A DNA stretch of 63,902 nt, filler included, from Welwitschia mirabilis (Eukaryota), in NCBI GenBank assembly GCA_051453625.1. It is 7 parts of one record of this genome, joined end to end, with 100 filler letters (N's around TTAATTAATTAA, not from the genome) between each part and the next. Parts side by side here need not be neighbours in the genome. Positions count along the whole stretch, not along the records: positions 1 to 12,756 come from JBOZIK010000001.1; 6 more parts are not named here. The stretch is one strand, 5' to 3'. Shown here one piece after another: positions 1-11,875 of the stretch (positions are counted from its first letter, which is position 1; each line of letters begins with the position of its first letter). The notes below the pieces were generated by a model. It searched no databases and was not told the DNA's origin. It saw nothing but the letters and a program-made list of their open reading frames with translations. The position numbers were made by a program, and so were the translations under genes.

Positions 1-2910
1 ATTCTTTGATTTCCCTCTAAAGTGATACTAACAGTTGCTGCCCCTGGATCTTTAAACTTTAGACACTTTTTGGAAACTAAGTTGCTAAGGGATTGAGCTA
101 GGGATGGTTCATTTTTGTTTTCTTCTTATTAGGTATTTCCATAGCTTAGAGTATTTGCGGTTTTCTTGTAAAAGTTTCTAAAAAGATAAATTAATGCTTA
201 TGTTTTACATTAAGAATTTTAAATGATCATCAAAGATAGGGTTTTTGTTAAGCCTATTAATCCATGGGGTAATAAGTTTCTTTTATAAAGGATTTTTCTT
301 TTTGTTGCTAGTGAAGAANNNNNNNNNNNNNNNNNNNNNNNNNNNNNNNNNNNNNNNNNNNNNNNNNNNNNNNNNNNNNNNNNNNNNNNNNNNNNNNNNN
401 NNNNNNNNNNNNNNNNNNGATTTTTCTTTTTGTTGCTAGTGAAGAAGGGAAGGAATGATTTTCTAAAATTTCAATGTCCTCTTTCTCATTATCCTTGTCA
501 TTTTGGTAAGTTGAAGCCTCATGGTTAGGAGTTGTGATAGTTCCACTTCTTATCATGACCTTACAGTCTTTTTGTACTTTGTTAGGATTTAGTAAAGGTT
601 GAGTGGAAAGGGTCCCTTGTAGTCTTTGGTTAGCAAGCATTATTTTTTGTAGAATGTTCACAACATTTTCGATGTTTGCGTTTATCTTCTCGTGAGTTTT
701 TTTCAACTCCTCAATAGAATTCCTAAGAGGATCAATAGGGCTTTGGGAGTTGGAAGGGTTTGCCAAGTTATTTGGATAGTTGGATTAAAAGTTTTGATGA
801 ACAAATCTATTTTAGAATGATTAAGAGTTATGATAATGTATTTGGAAATTGTTAGGTTGTTCATTCATCCTATTTTAAAAATTGTGATTTGGGTCTTGTC
901 TTTGGTTATAGTTTTGAATGTAGTTGAAGTGTTCTTGATTTAAAGCACGAACTTCTTCATGGATTCTCTCTTTGCATGTAGGAAGTAAAGGATAATCTTT
1001 CATGATGTGATAACTATCCTCATAAAAATCACAAGTTGGAACAATAATTTAACTTTTCTTAGTTACCACTTTAACATCAAGGATCATCTGGGTGTATTTC
1101 TCTAAAGTGGAAGTGAAATCCTTAATGACGCTAATTGGTGCATGTTCTATTTTAGTTGTAGCTTTCTCGTGTTTAACTTCTTTGAGGTCTTTGATGATTT
1201 GGCCTACTGTTTTTTTTTTCTTTAGATGAGGGTTTTGGCTAAGTTTAACTTACTTTGACTAAATCTTCTAAAATATTCTAAGCATTTTCTAAGGTTTGGT
1301 TTAGGANNNNNNNNNNNNNNNNNNNNNNNNNNNNNNNNNNNNNNNNNNNNNNNNNNNNNNNNNNNNNNNNNNNNNNNNNNNNNNNNNNNNNNNNNNNNNN
1401 NNNNNNNNNNNNNNNNNNNNNNNNNNNNNNNNNNNNNNNNNNNNNNNNNNNNNNNNNNNNNNNNNNNNNNNNNNNNNNNNNNNNNNNNNNNNNNNNNNNN
1501 NNNNNNNNNNNNNNNNNNNNNNNNNNNNNNNNNNNNNNNNNNNNNNNNNNNNNNNNNNNNNNNNNNNNNNNNNNNNNNNNNNNNNNNNNNNNNNNNNNNN
1601 NNNNNNNNNNNNNNNNNNNNNNNNNNNNNNNNNNNNNNNNNNNNNNNNNNNNNNNNNNNNNNNNNNNNNNNNNNNNNNNNNNNNNNNNNNNNNNNNNNNN
1701 NNNNNNNNNNNNNNNNNNNNNNNNNNNNNNNNNNNNNNNNNNNNNNNNNNNNNNNNNNNNNNNNNNNNNNNNNNNNNNNNNNNNNNNNNNNNNNNNNNNN
1801 NNNTCTTCTAATCATTTTCTAAGGTTTGGTTTAGGAGGTTGCCTTCATAAGAGAAATCTACAAGTTACTTGGTATGACTGTTTAACCCACTATAGAAATA
1901 GTCTATTAATTCTACTTCAGAAAAGACGTCTACAAGGTTTGAGTGTAAAGCCACAAATAATCTTTCATAAGTAGAGGCGTAGTCTTCATTAGGTAGTTAT
2001 TGGAAGTTTGTGACTTCTTTCTTATGTTTCTAGATAATGGTTTTGTTCATAAATATTTTAATAAAGGCTTCTTAAACTTGAATTCAAGATTACAGGCTCT
2101 TATAAGGGATTGTTTAAAGCCAAAGTTTAGCCTTATCTTGCAATGTGATGGGAAAAATGACAATGTAGGTTCTATCAGTTATGTGCTTTTTACCATTTTC
2201 AAAAGTAAGAATGAGTTGTTTAATTTTAGCGATGTGTTGTAGGGGGTCTTCATCAGATTCTCCTTAAAAGATATGGTAATCATTTAGGTTCTTAAGTTCC
2301 ACATCATCGCCAGGAGGTAAGTTGAAAGGGTTTTGGATTTCAAGTTGTTTATTTGCTATGAGATCTCTCAGAGTAGCATGAGTATTTGGTTGAAGAGGGG
2401 TAGAAGTAATGGTTCCAATGATAGGGGATGGATTCGAAGAGATAGGTTATTTTTAGTAAGAGGTCGACATGCTATTAGACTTAGATTCTTTTACAGAATT
2501 AAAATCAAAAATTTCAGGAAATTCTAAAGTTTGCGTACATGGGCTATTTTGATTTCCAATTTCAAAATTTAACAAACCTTCTCTGATATTTTCAACAATG
2601 AACTATTTCTCTCTATGGTATTTTTTACCTTTTTCAATTTTCACAATTCAGTCTTAGATCTAAAGTGTCATCCTATACGTCATCTAAATGATAACCTAGA
2701 TGAGAAAAACATAGACAACCATAGAAAAGAGGGAAAGCAAAAAAGGGATAGTTATCCGATTGTGATGGCTAGATAACTTAGAGGATGTCAGAAGTTAGTA
2801 AAAATTAAAATATAAAACAAAAAACTTATAGAGTATTGATACACTACTGCTGCAACAAACATCTAGAATATCTACTAAAGTAATGATAACTCTCGATTTT
2901 TAAGCAACCT

Positions 2911-2928
2911 TCCTCGGCAATGGCGCTA
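2911..2928 (-). other. Primer-binding site, tRNA-Asp type (decayed)
   Basis: The + strand reads tcctcggcaatggcgcta versus the plant tRNA-Asp 3' end TCCCCGGCAACGGCGCCA, 3 nt from the LTR end. Confidence 0.85.
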
Positions 2929-2931
2929 ATT

Positions 2932-4029
2932 TGTTGTAATGCATATTTATGCAATGTTTCACACCTTGATTTAAATCCTATTAATTATAAATAAGATATA
3001 CAAACATAACATGCTAGTATAGTCAGGAGTGATCCGAATGCCGTAATTCCATTAAAGGCAGTATGGAAAATAAAGAGTTGCTTTCATAAGAAAATTGTGT
3101 AATCTTAATCTACTGAAATAAATTACAATGCATGGAATTGAAATAAAATATGCTTATGCAGAACTAATCTAAGAAAAGAAACAACGATGTGCCTAAACTA
3201 ATCAAGCTCAACTAAAGGCTTCCCTCATAATCTATATAATAGAAGAAATCTATCACGAATCTTAAATAATATAAACTATGAGGGATAAGTTCCTGTAAAT
3301 ATTAAACAAAAAAGAATAATTTATATTAAAAGCATAAAAGGCATCTATATCACAAAGTAGTTATTCCTCAATGGAGGATACGCCATCCAAAACCAAGATA
3401 ATGTCTCTCTGCATTACAAAATGATTCTTCAGTCCCAACATCTCCTATTACGTGTATATTAGGTACTGTCTAAAATGATTAGGGAATGAGGGGGAGACCT
3501 TTATTTATAGACAGAAAGGGAAGGGAAACTAACAAAGAAGTAAAGAAGAAACCCTAGCTAACATGCAAAGTAAAGTCATAAAGAAGTGGTGACAACTCGG
3601 AAAAACTTTTGGTAAAAGTATGAGAGGACCGTGTCATCCTACTGATCATTTGGATGAAGGAGGAGATGATGAAGACTGACAATGAGATATCTATTTAGCT
3701 CCTAGTCTAACTACTCATCAACTACATTTAAACTTGTTATCATGCTATTTGAGATGTTATCTGCTAGTGACGTCTGGATGATAAGGTGGATGACAAGGTT
3801 TTTGTCGATCTTCAGTTAGTTTGATCACTTGTTGTTTGTGGGAATTATTATCAAAAATATCATTTATCCATATCTACATAAAATGCTTGTAATTTATTTA
3901 GAAACTGCATGTTTTCATTCTCTTCATTTTGGTTCTCGATTATCATAAGAACTAAGCATTTATCTGTTAATTCATCTGTAAAATAACTCAAAATACCCTA
4001 TCAAATATACATAAGTTGGCGGCATAATA
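2932..4029 (-). repeat. Athila 5' LTR (~1.1 kb)
   Basis: Element-strand end ...gcattacaaca next to the PBS. The start tattatgccgcc..ttgatagggtattttgag is homologous to LTR starts at 17170, 50113 (-) and 51136. Confidence 0.75.
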
Positions 4030-4862
4030 AAGTTAACTCAAGAATAAAGACAAAAGATTCTATGAAAAATTTGTATGCTTACATTTGTTATGTCTCAAGG
4101 ATAGAACACAAGAAATTTGAATAAGCAGAAATTCATGAGGAATGGATGATGACAATGCAAGATGAGCTATAACAATTCAAAAGAAATGATGTTTGGAAGC
4201 TAGTAAAAAGGCCAAAAGATAAAAATATCGTTGGAACTAAATGTATTTTTAAAAATAAATGTGATGAAGAAAATAATGTCATTAAAAACAAGGCAAGATT
4301 AGTAGCTCAAGGCTATGATCAAATAGAAGGCATTAATGTAGAAGATACTTTTGCTCCTGTTGCAAGGTTGGATAGCATTAAAATGTTTTTTTCCTTTGTA
4401 GCATTAAGAATTTCAAAGTTTATCAAATGGATGTAAAAAGTGCTTTTCTAAATGGTACATTAATTGAAGAAGTCTATGTAGAACAACTACAAGGTTTTAC
4501 TGGTCCTCATAAAACTAATCATATATATAGAACTAAGAAAGCCTTGTATGAATTGAAACAAGCACTAAGAGCTTGGTATGAAAAGATAGCTATATTTTTA
4601 AATGAAAATGGATATATTTGAGAAACTATAGATAAAACCTTATTTATAAAGAACCTAAAAAAGGATTTTATTACTATACAGATTTATGTATATGATATTA
4701 TCTTTGGTGCCTCAAATGAAAAGCTATCAAAAGAATTTTCAAATATTATAACCAAACAATTTGAAATGAGTCTTCTTAGTGAAGTAAAGATGTTTATTGG
4801 ACTTCAGATCAGGAAATCTAAAGATGACATATTTATTTATCAATCTAAATATCCAAGAGATT
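4030..4862 (+). pseudogene. Ty1/copia (SIRE-like) reverse transcriptase fragment, copy A
   Basis: [46 protein letters not shown] and YVYD (decayed YVDD), with stops and frameshifts. Cut on the left by the Athila LTR and on the right by a gap. Confidence 0.93.
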
Positions 4863-4962
4863 NNNNNNNNNNNNNNNNNNNNNNNNNNNNNNNNNNNNNN
4901 NNNNNNNNNNNNNNNNNNNNNNNNNNNNNNNNNNNNNNNNNNNNNNNNNNNNNNNNNNNNNN

Positions 4963-7900
4963 TGTACTTTTATCTGTATATTGTGGATATCATATGAGTA
5001 TATTTTCAAATATAGTAGAACCAATGGAAACACAGAGGAGCCAAGTGAAAGTGAAAAAAAATACTCAAAAATCCAACGAAGAAAGGAGACTTTCCTTTGT
5101 GGAACTTGTGCCTTCATTGCAAAACATGCCTAATACATTAGATCATGATGACCTCAATGTGATCAATGACGAATAAGATGAGCAAGAAGACACCTGTCAA
5201 GAGTTATATCAAGAATGTGAAAAGTTGACTAAAAGGATAAATGATCTGCATAAGATTATAAAATCTCTCATCAAGGAAAAAGAGGAAATAAAATCAAGTT
5301 TTAAAAAAAATCAAATCATAAAATTCCGATTTCACTCTCCAGGTAAAAGAGTTATCTTATTTTGTTAATAAATTTTCAGGTGGATCTACCACATTGGAAT
5401 AGATGCTTGGAGTTGATAAACCTATTGCTAATAAGTTAGGTATTGGCTTCATTCCTCAAAGACCTCAAAGGCAGAAAAATCAGATAACTAATAATGGTAA
5501 ATTATTTTCAAAAGTTACTTGTTATTTCTATAGAAGACTTGATCATTCAAAACTCATATGCAATGCTAAAAAATTAATGTTATTTTTAAACTCAGTTAGT
5601 ATTTTTCTCTTTAAATTTATTCCTAAAGGAGGTATGCCACATAAGTCTAGAAAGCCTATGTGGATAAAAGCTAATGATCTTAAAAGTTTTTTAATTCAAA
5701 CAAATTTTAAGGTTTCAAATAGCATAAGCTAGTATCTCGATAGTGGATGTTTAAGGCATATGATAGTAGACAAATCTAGATTCAAGCAACTAAGCAACTT
5801 TGATAGAGGAGAGGTAACTTTTGGAGACAATAGAAGAGCAAAATAGAAGGCATTGGAAGCATTGGTGGAGGTAACCTTCCTAGAATTAATGAAGTATTAT
5901 ATGTAAATTTTGCATTGAAAATAGAATAATGCAATTCTTAGAGGAAGTAGAATAGATAATGTTTATAGCATAGATCAATCATTTTCTTTATGTTATTTTT
6001 TAAATGTTCCTCAAGAAGGGATCTGGAATAAATGATTAGGTCATATTAATTATGATCAGCTAAACATATTATTCATAAAAATATTATGAAAGGTATCCCT
6101 AAGATAAATGTATAAAAACAAGGCTTATGTGATCCGTGCCAAAAGGGAAAACAAATTAGGACCTCTCATAAAAGCAAAATCCAAACGTCCACATCTATGT
6201 CATTAGAGCTTATTCATATGAATCTAGTAGGCCTTACTCAATCTCTCTAGTAGAAAATGTTATTTTCTTACCATGGTTGATAATTTCTCTAGATATACTT
6301 AGTAGCCTTCTTGTCAAACAAATCTAAATCTTATAAATATTAGGTTGAAATTTACAATAAGATTCAAAATGGAAAGGGGTATATCAAAAAGAAAATAAGA
6401 AGCAATCATGGAGGTGAATTTGATAATCATTTTTTAAAAAAAATATTTCATTGAGAATGGAATTGATCATCAGTTTTCAGCCCTAAAAATACCACAAAAA
6501 AATGGTATAGTTGAAAGAAAGAATAGAGTTCTTTAAGAAATGTCATAAACTATGCTAAATGATAAGGAGATTCCTAAATCCTTTTAGATTGAGAAAGTTA
6601 GTATAGCATGCTACATTATTAACAGGTAGATCTTAGACTTGGTACTGACAAAACATCATATGACTTATGGAAATGAAGACAACCTAATGTGTCATGTTTT
6701 AAAATCTTTGGGAGTAAATGCTATGTGATAAAAGATAGAAAACAATTGTGTAAATTCAAGTCTAAGGTAGATGAAGCTATTGTCTTGGATTACTCAACTA
6801 GAAGTAAAGCCTATCGTGTTTTCAACAAAAGAAGCTTAATGATAGAAAAGTCAATAAATGTGCAAATTAATAAGATTGACACAATACCAAACTACATAGA
6901 TGAAGAGGAGATCATAACTACAAGCATTCCCACAACCAATGAAGGTTCTACCAAAAGTAATGAAGTTTCAATAAAATAAGGCACACCGAAAAAGTCCAAA
7001 TTACTTAAAGATCATCCTTTAGAATCTATTATTAGAGAAGTTAACTTAAAGATAAAGACAAGAGGCCCTATAAAAAATTTGTATGCTTACATTTGCTATG
7101 TTTCAAAGATAGAGCTTAAGAAATTTGAAGAAGCATAAATTCATGAGGAAAGAATGATGGCAATGCAAGATGGGTTACAACAATTAAAAGGAAATGATGT
7201 TTGAAAGCTATTAGAAAGGCCAAAAGAAACAAGGCAATATTAGTAGCACAAGGCTACAATCAAATAGAAGGCACTAATGTTGGAGATACTTTTGCTCCCA
7301 TTACAAGGCTAAGTAGCATTAGAATGTTTTTGTCCTTTGCAAATTTTAAGAATTTTAAAGTTTATTAAATGAATGTAAAGAGTGCTATTCTAAATAATAT
7401 GTTAATTGAATAAGTCTATTAGAACAACCATAAGGTTTTGTTAATTCTCATAAAATTGATCATGTATATAGACTTGAGAAATATTTGTATGAATTGAAAC
7501 AAACTCCAAGAGCTTAGTATGAGAAGATAGCTATCTTGTTAAATAAAAATTGATATATTCAAGGAGCTGTAGATAAAACCTTATTTGTAAAGAACTTGAA
7601 GAAGGATTTCATTATTATACAAATTTATGTAGATGATATTATCTTTGATACCTCAAATAAAAAGCTATCAAAATAATTTGCAAATATTATAACAAAACCA
7701 TCTGAAATGAGTATGCTTAATGAAGTAAAGATGTTTCTTAAACTTCAGATCAAGAAATCTAAAGATGAAATATTTATTTATCAATCCAATATGCAAAATA
7801 TTTAATCAAATGCTTTGGATTAGAAAATGAAAAAATAACTAACACCCTTATATCTACATCATGTAAAGTAATTTTAGATAAAAATGACAAACTAGTGGAT

Positions 7901-9904
7901 TAAAAACTTTACAAAAGTATGATTGGTAGTTTATTATATTTGACTGCAAGTAGAATAGATATTATGTTTAGTGTTGAAGTGTATGTAAGGTATCAATTCC
8001 AACCAAAATAATCACATCTTAAAGCAGTAAAAAGAATAATCAAGTATATAAAAGGCACATGTGATTATGACTTATAGTATCCCACTGAGACATCTTTCAA
8101 AATTACAGGTTTTAGTGATGCAGATTGGGCTGAATGCAAAAATAATAAAAAGAGCACAAGTGGAAATTGATTTCTATTAAGTTCATGTTTAGTAGGATGG
8201 GTAAGTAAGAAACAAAACTCTATTTCTCTCTCTATTGTAGAAGCTAAATATATTGTAATAGGTAGTCGTTGCACTCATCTTTTATGGATGAAAGAAATGA
8301 TAAAGGAATTTGGTATTAATTTTAAATAAGTTCCTATATTTTATGATAACATAATGCTATTAATATATCAAAAAATCCTATTCAATATTCAAGAATGAAG
8401 CATATTAAGATAATACATCATTTCCTATGAAACCAAGTCAAAAAAGAACATATCTCTATGAATTTTGTGACTTCAGACAAACAACTAGTAGATATTTTTA
8501 TTGAATTCCTAAATTTTGATACTTTTCTTCATCTTAGAAATGAATTGGAGGTTATCTAACTGTCCTATGACTAATTGTAGAATGTTTGACTAGATCCTTA
8601 ATTTGGTCGACTGGATAAGGTCGGTCGACCAGTTTAAAAACTCAATCACGTGGAATATCTAAGTTTTATAGCTATTCCAATGAAATTACAAAACAATTTT
8701 TTTGTAATCCTTGCTTTTATCTATTTATTCTATTTATCTAATTCTATTTTATCTATAAAATTTTATTCTCTCCTTTATCATTGATGTTAAAAGAGGGAGA
8801 ATTAGTTATTTGTTTCTTAAATGTTTTCCTATGTTAAATGAAAATTACATGCATTTTTCTATTATGCCTCTAAGCTATTTCAATTAATATTTCAAATCTT
8901 TTTGTGCTTTTACAAATTATAATGCATAACATACTTATCTATTGGTATCATATGTGCTTAATTTGAAAAGTTTAAAGTATTTCAACATTGGAAATAGATT
9001 CTAATATGTGACATCTAATTAAAATGTTAAACGATTTACATGATCACATTATGTTTATCATAAAGTTGTGCCTTTTATATTTCAAATGTTTCATTTCAAG
9101 CACAAAATTTGATTATTGAAAATCTCCTAACATGTTTCAAAAGAAGTATTATTTTATAATAGGCATTTCGTAAGGGAAAGCTTTTCTAAGTTCTAATTTT
9201 TTACAACTAAGTATTATTTGCCATCAATGTCAATGGAGAAAATTATTATTTTATGTTTTGCCAATTGATATCAAACTAATATTTTTTGTATAGTGAATTT
9301 TAAGTATCTTGTACAGAAGATGTTAATTACTTCTAGGTTAAAAAATGAAGCCAAAACCATTAAATTATGAGCACTAGAAACCTATTAGTTCTTTTACCCT
9401 CTTGAGGAGTTAACCAAATCTTTAAGGGATTGACTACACCTGAAGTAGATAGATAAAATAAACTACATCTAGAGTAGTCGACCAGATTTCCGATAGGGTC
9501 AACCAAACCTATAACCTAGAGAATATGAGTTCCTATACTAAATGAAAAAGGGTCGATTGGATCCTTATGGGGTCGACTGAATTTGAGGACCTAATAAATA
9601 GTACTTATTAACTGATTATCAAGGGGTCAACCGAACCTATGATGGGGTCAATCAGACTTGAGCACTATGTAGCTGATACTCCTAAGCCAATCGGCATGGG
9701 TCCATCAAATACCTTAAGGGATCGACTAGATCTGATGCTAAAAACTAGAAAGAATTTTATGAGGATGAGTGGGTGACTAGATTATATAGTAGGCAACTAG
9801 ACTTGGATCAACCACATCTAACCGCAGACCTATATGGGGTCGATCAGACATGGAGTCATAAGAAATTGAGGTGACTAAAATTATTACTTGAGAGACCTAT
9901 GTAA
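4963..9904 (+). mobile_element. SIRE/Maximus copia element, copy B: gag C-terminus, protease, integrase, RT, RNase H, short 3' region, PPT, start of 3' LTR
   Basis: Decayed zinc knuckle CYFYRRLDHSKLIC; YLDSGCLRHM (~5733); CDPCQKGKQ, RSNHGGEFDN and NGIVERKNR; QIYVDDIIF (~7620); GFSDADWA..KSTSG; pol ends ~8560. Domain order PR-IN-RT-RH is copia. Many stops and frameshifts. Confidence 0.93.
9244..9904 (+). repeat. SIRE 3' LTR, 5' part (truncated by gap)
   Basis: Follows the decayed PPT ccatcaatgtcaatggagaaaat, with an upstream PPT gatgttaaaagagggaga at ~8783-8800. The start ..ttgccaattgatatcaaactaat matches the LTR at 60011. Contains an array of GGTCGAC-derived motifs. Confidence 0.8.
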
Positions 9905-10374
9905 NNNNNNNNNNNNNNNNNNNNNNNNNNNNNNNNNNNNNNNNNNNNNNNNNNNNNNNNNNNNNNNNNNNNNNNNNNNNNNNNNNNNNNNNNNNNNNNN
10001 NNNNNNNNNNNNNNNNNNNNNNNNNNNNNNNNNNNNNNNNNNNNNNNNNNNNNNNNNNNNNNNNNNNNNNNNNNNNNNNNNNNNNNNNNNNNNNNNNNNN
10101 NNNNNNNNNNNNNNNNNNNNNNNNNNNNNNNNNNNNNNNNNNNNNNNNNNNNNNNNNNNNNNNNNNNNNNNNNNNNNNNNNNNNNNNNNNNNNNNNNNNN
10201 NNNNNNNNNNNNNNNNNNNNNNNNNNNNNNNNNNNNNNNNNNNNNNNNNNNNNNNNNNNNNNNNNNNNNNNNNNNNNNNNNNNNNNNNNNNNNNNNNNNN
10301 NNNNNNNNNNNNNNNNNNNNNNNNNNNNNNNNNNNNNNNNNNNNNNNNNNNNNNNNNNNNNNNNNNNNNNNNNN

Positions 10375-11875
10375 AAACTAATGTTTTTTGTATAGCAAAT
10401 TTTATGTATCTTATACAGAAGATGTTAATTACTTACAAGTCAAAAGATGAAACCAAAACCATTGAATTGTGAGCACTAAAAACCTATTAGTTCAATTACC
10501 CTCCGACTGGATTTTCAAGAAGTTGACTTCACCGGAAGCAGAAAGAAGATGAACTACATCCAGAGGGGTTAGTCAGATTTCTGATGGGGTTAGCCAAATC
10601 TATAATCTTAAGAACTAGTATCCCTGAACTAAAAGACAAGGAGTCAATTATACCTTTATGGGGTCCACCAAATTTGAGAACTTAATAAATAGTATCCTTG
10701 GATTGAATGACAAGGGGTTAACCGGATCTATGAACCAAGGAATAGTACTCCTAAACTAATTAATAAGCGGTTGATCAGACGTATGATGGAGTCGACTGGA
10801 CTTAAGTGCTATGTACCTAATACTCCTAAGCTAATCATCATGGGGTCGACTAGACACCTGAAGGGGTTAACTAGACCTGATGCTAGAAATTGAAAAGATC
10901 TTTATCAAGACAAGTAGGAGACTAGATTTTATTGCAAATGACTGGACTAGGGTTGACTAGATCTAGATGGGGTTAATCACATATGAAGCTATAAGAAAAT
11001 GGAACAACCAAAATTTTCTTTTGGGTAACTTATGTAAGTCATGGCACTAGATGAGATCGACTGGACTTTTGAGGGTTTAACTAGATGGAATAGAACTAAA
11101 ATTTACCATCCATTGTATATCTATTATGTATCCATTAGATAGTCATTTTCTAGCTGTTTATAGCTAATGGAAGTACATTTCAAATGTAATAAACCATAAA
11201 AGCCTTCTAATATAAATAGCCAAGAGATAGATGACTTTAGGATTCTTTTGGAACTATTTTTAATTGTGTTAATGTATGACATTTAAAGGATTAAGCACTG
11301 TAATTTTATGACATTCAGTATTATATCTTGGCATCTGTACTTCTGATCAAAGAAGATCTATCATCTGTATCATCTCTACATTCAAGGTCAAATCATGTGC
11401 TTCATCCATTTCACATCTATAAGAGAAGAGCTCCATCAAATCTACTGAATCAAGAATGAGTGATATCCATGATATTTAGCATCATTATATCACAACTTTG
11501 CATTGTGAAAGGTTGAGACTAAGCCTTGAAAGTTCTACTCAAAGGTTGAGAGTAAGCCTGGAATAGTCCATTTGTAAAGGTTATAGGTGAACCTGGAATA
11601 CTTAATGAAGTAATGAAGATCCAAGATTTATCTTGGGGATAAGCTGATCATCGAGAGTGAAGTAGGAGGTTTCCCAAACTACTATAAATCCGTCTGCATC
11701 CATTTGGTATTTTTTGTATTTACAGTGATTATTTTTTTCTTTTGTTATTTTCTATTTCATGCACATTTTGGATTAATTAATTATTATATGTAAGTTTTAT
11801 TTAAATTGGATTCATTTAGAATATTGTATTGTATATTTTTAAAAAACCTAATCATTCCCTTCGAGGATGCAAATG
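10375..11875 (+). repeat. Second, diverged SIRE LTR of the same family (right end approximate)
   Basis: Colinear with 9273 onward. TATA tataaatagcc ~11211, motif gagtgaagtagg..actactataaatc ~11655, and decayed C-rich end aaaacctaatcattcccttcgagg. Confidence 0.8.

Larger units (their letters stand above)
1..4029 (-). mobile_element. Ty3/gypsy Athila-type element, 5' part (5' LTR, PBS-Asp, decayed gag up to the pre-protease motif); continues off the left edge
   Basis: Minus-strand translations: GESDEDPLQHI gag motif (~2230-2270), QGTLSTQPLLNP..CKVMIRSG (ORF 308-766) and KFKDPGAATVSI (1-60). These match the Athila motifs GxLPSQxxxNP..AITLRSG and KLKDPGxFTI. PBS and LTR lie upstream in the correct order. 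Confidence 0.85.

Noticed and set aside
290..447. Direct repeats on both sides of gaps (also 1283-1306/1813-1836 and 52760-52823/52924-52987)
   Set aside because: Near-identical sequence flanking N gaps is most likely unmerged contig overlap.
1222..1815. Long ORFs 1222-1815, 9888-10472 and others containing X runs
   Set aside because: They are open only because they span N gaps.
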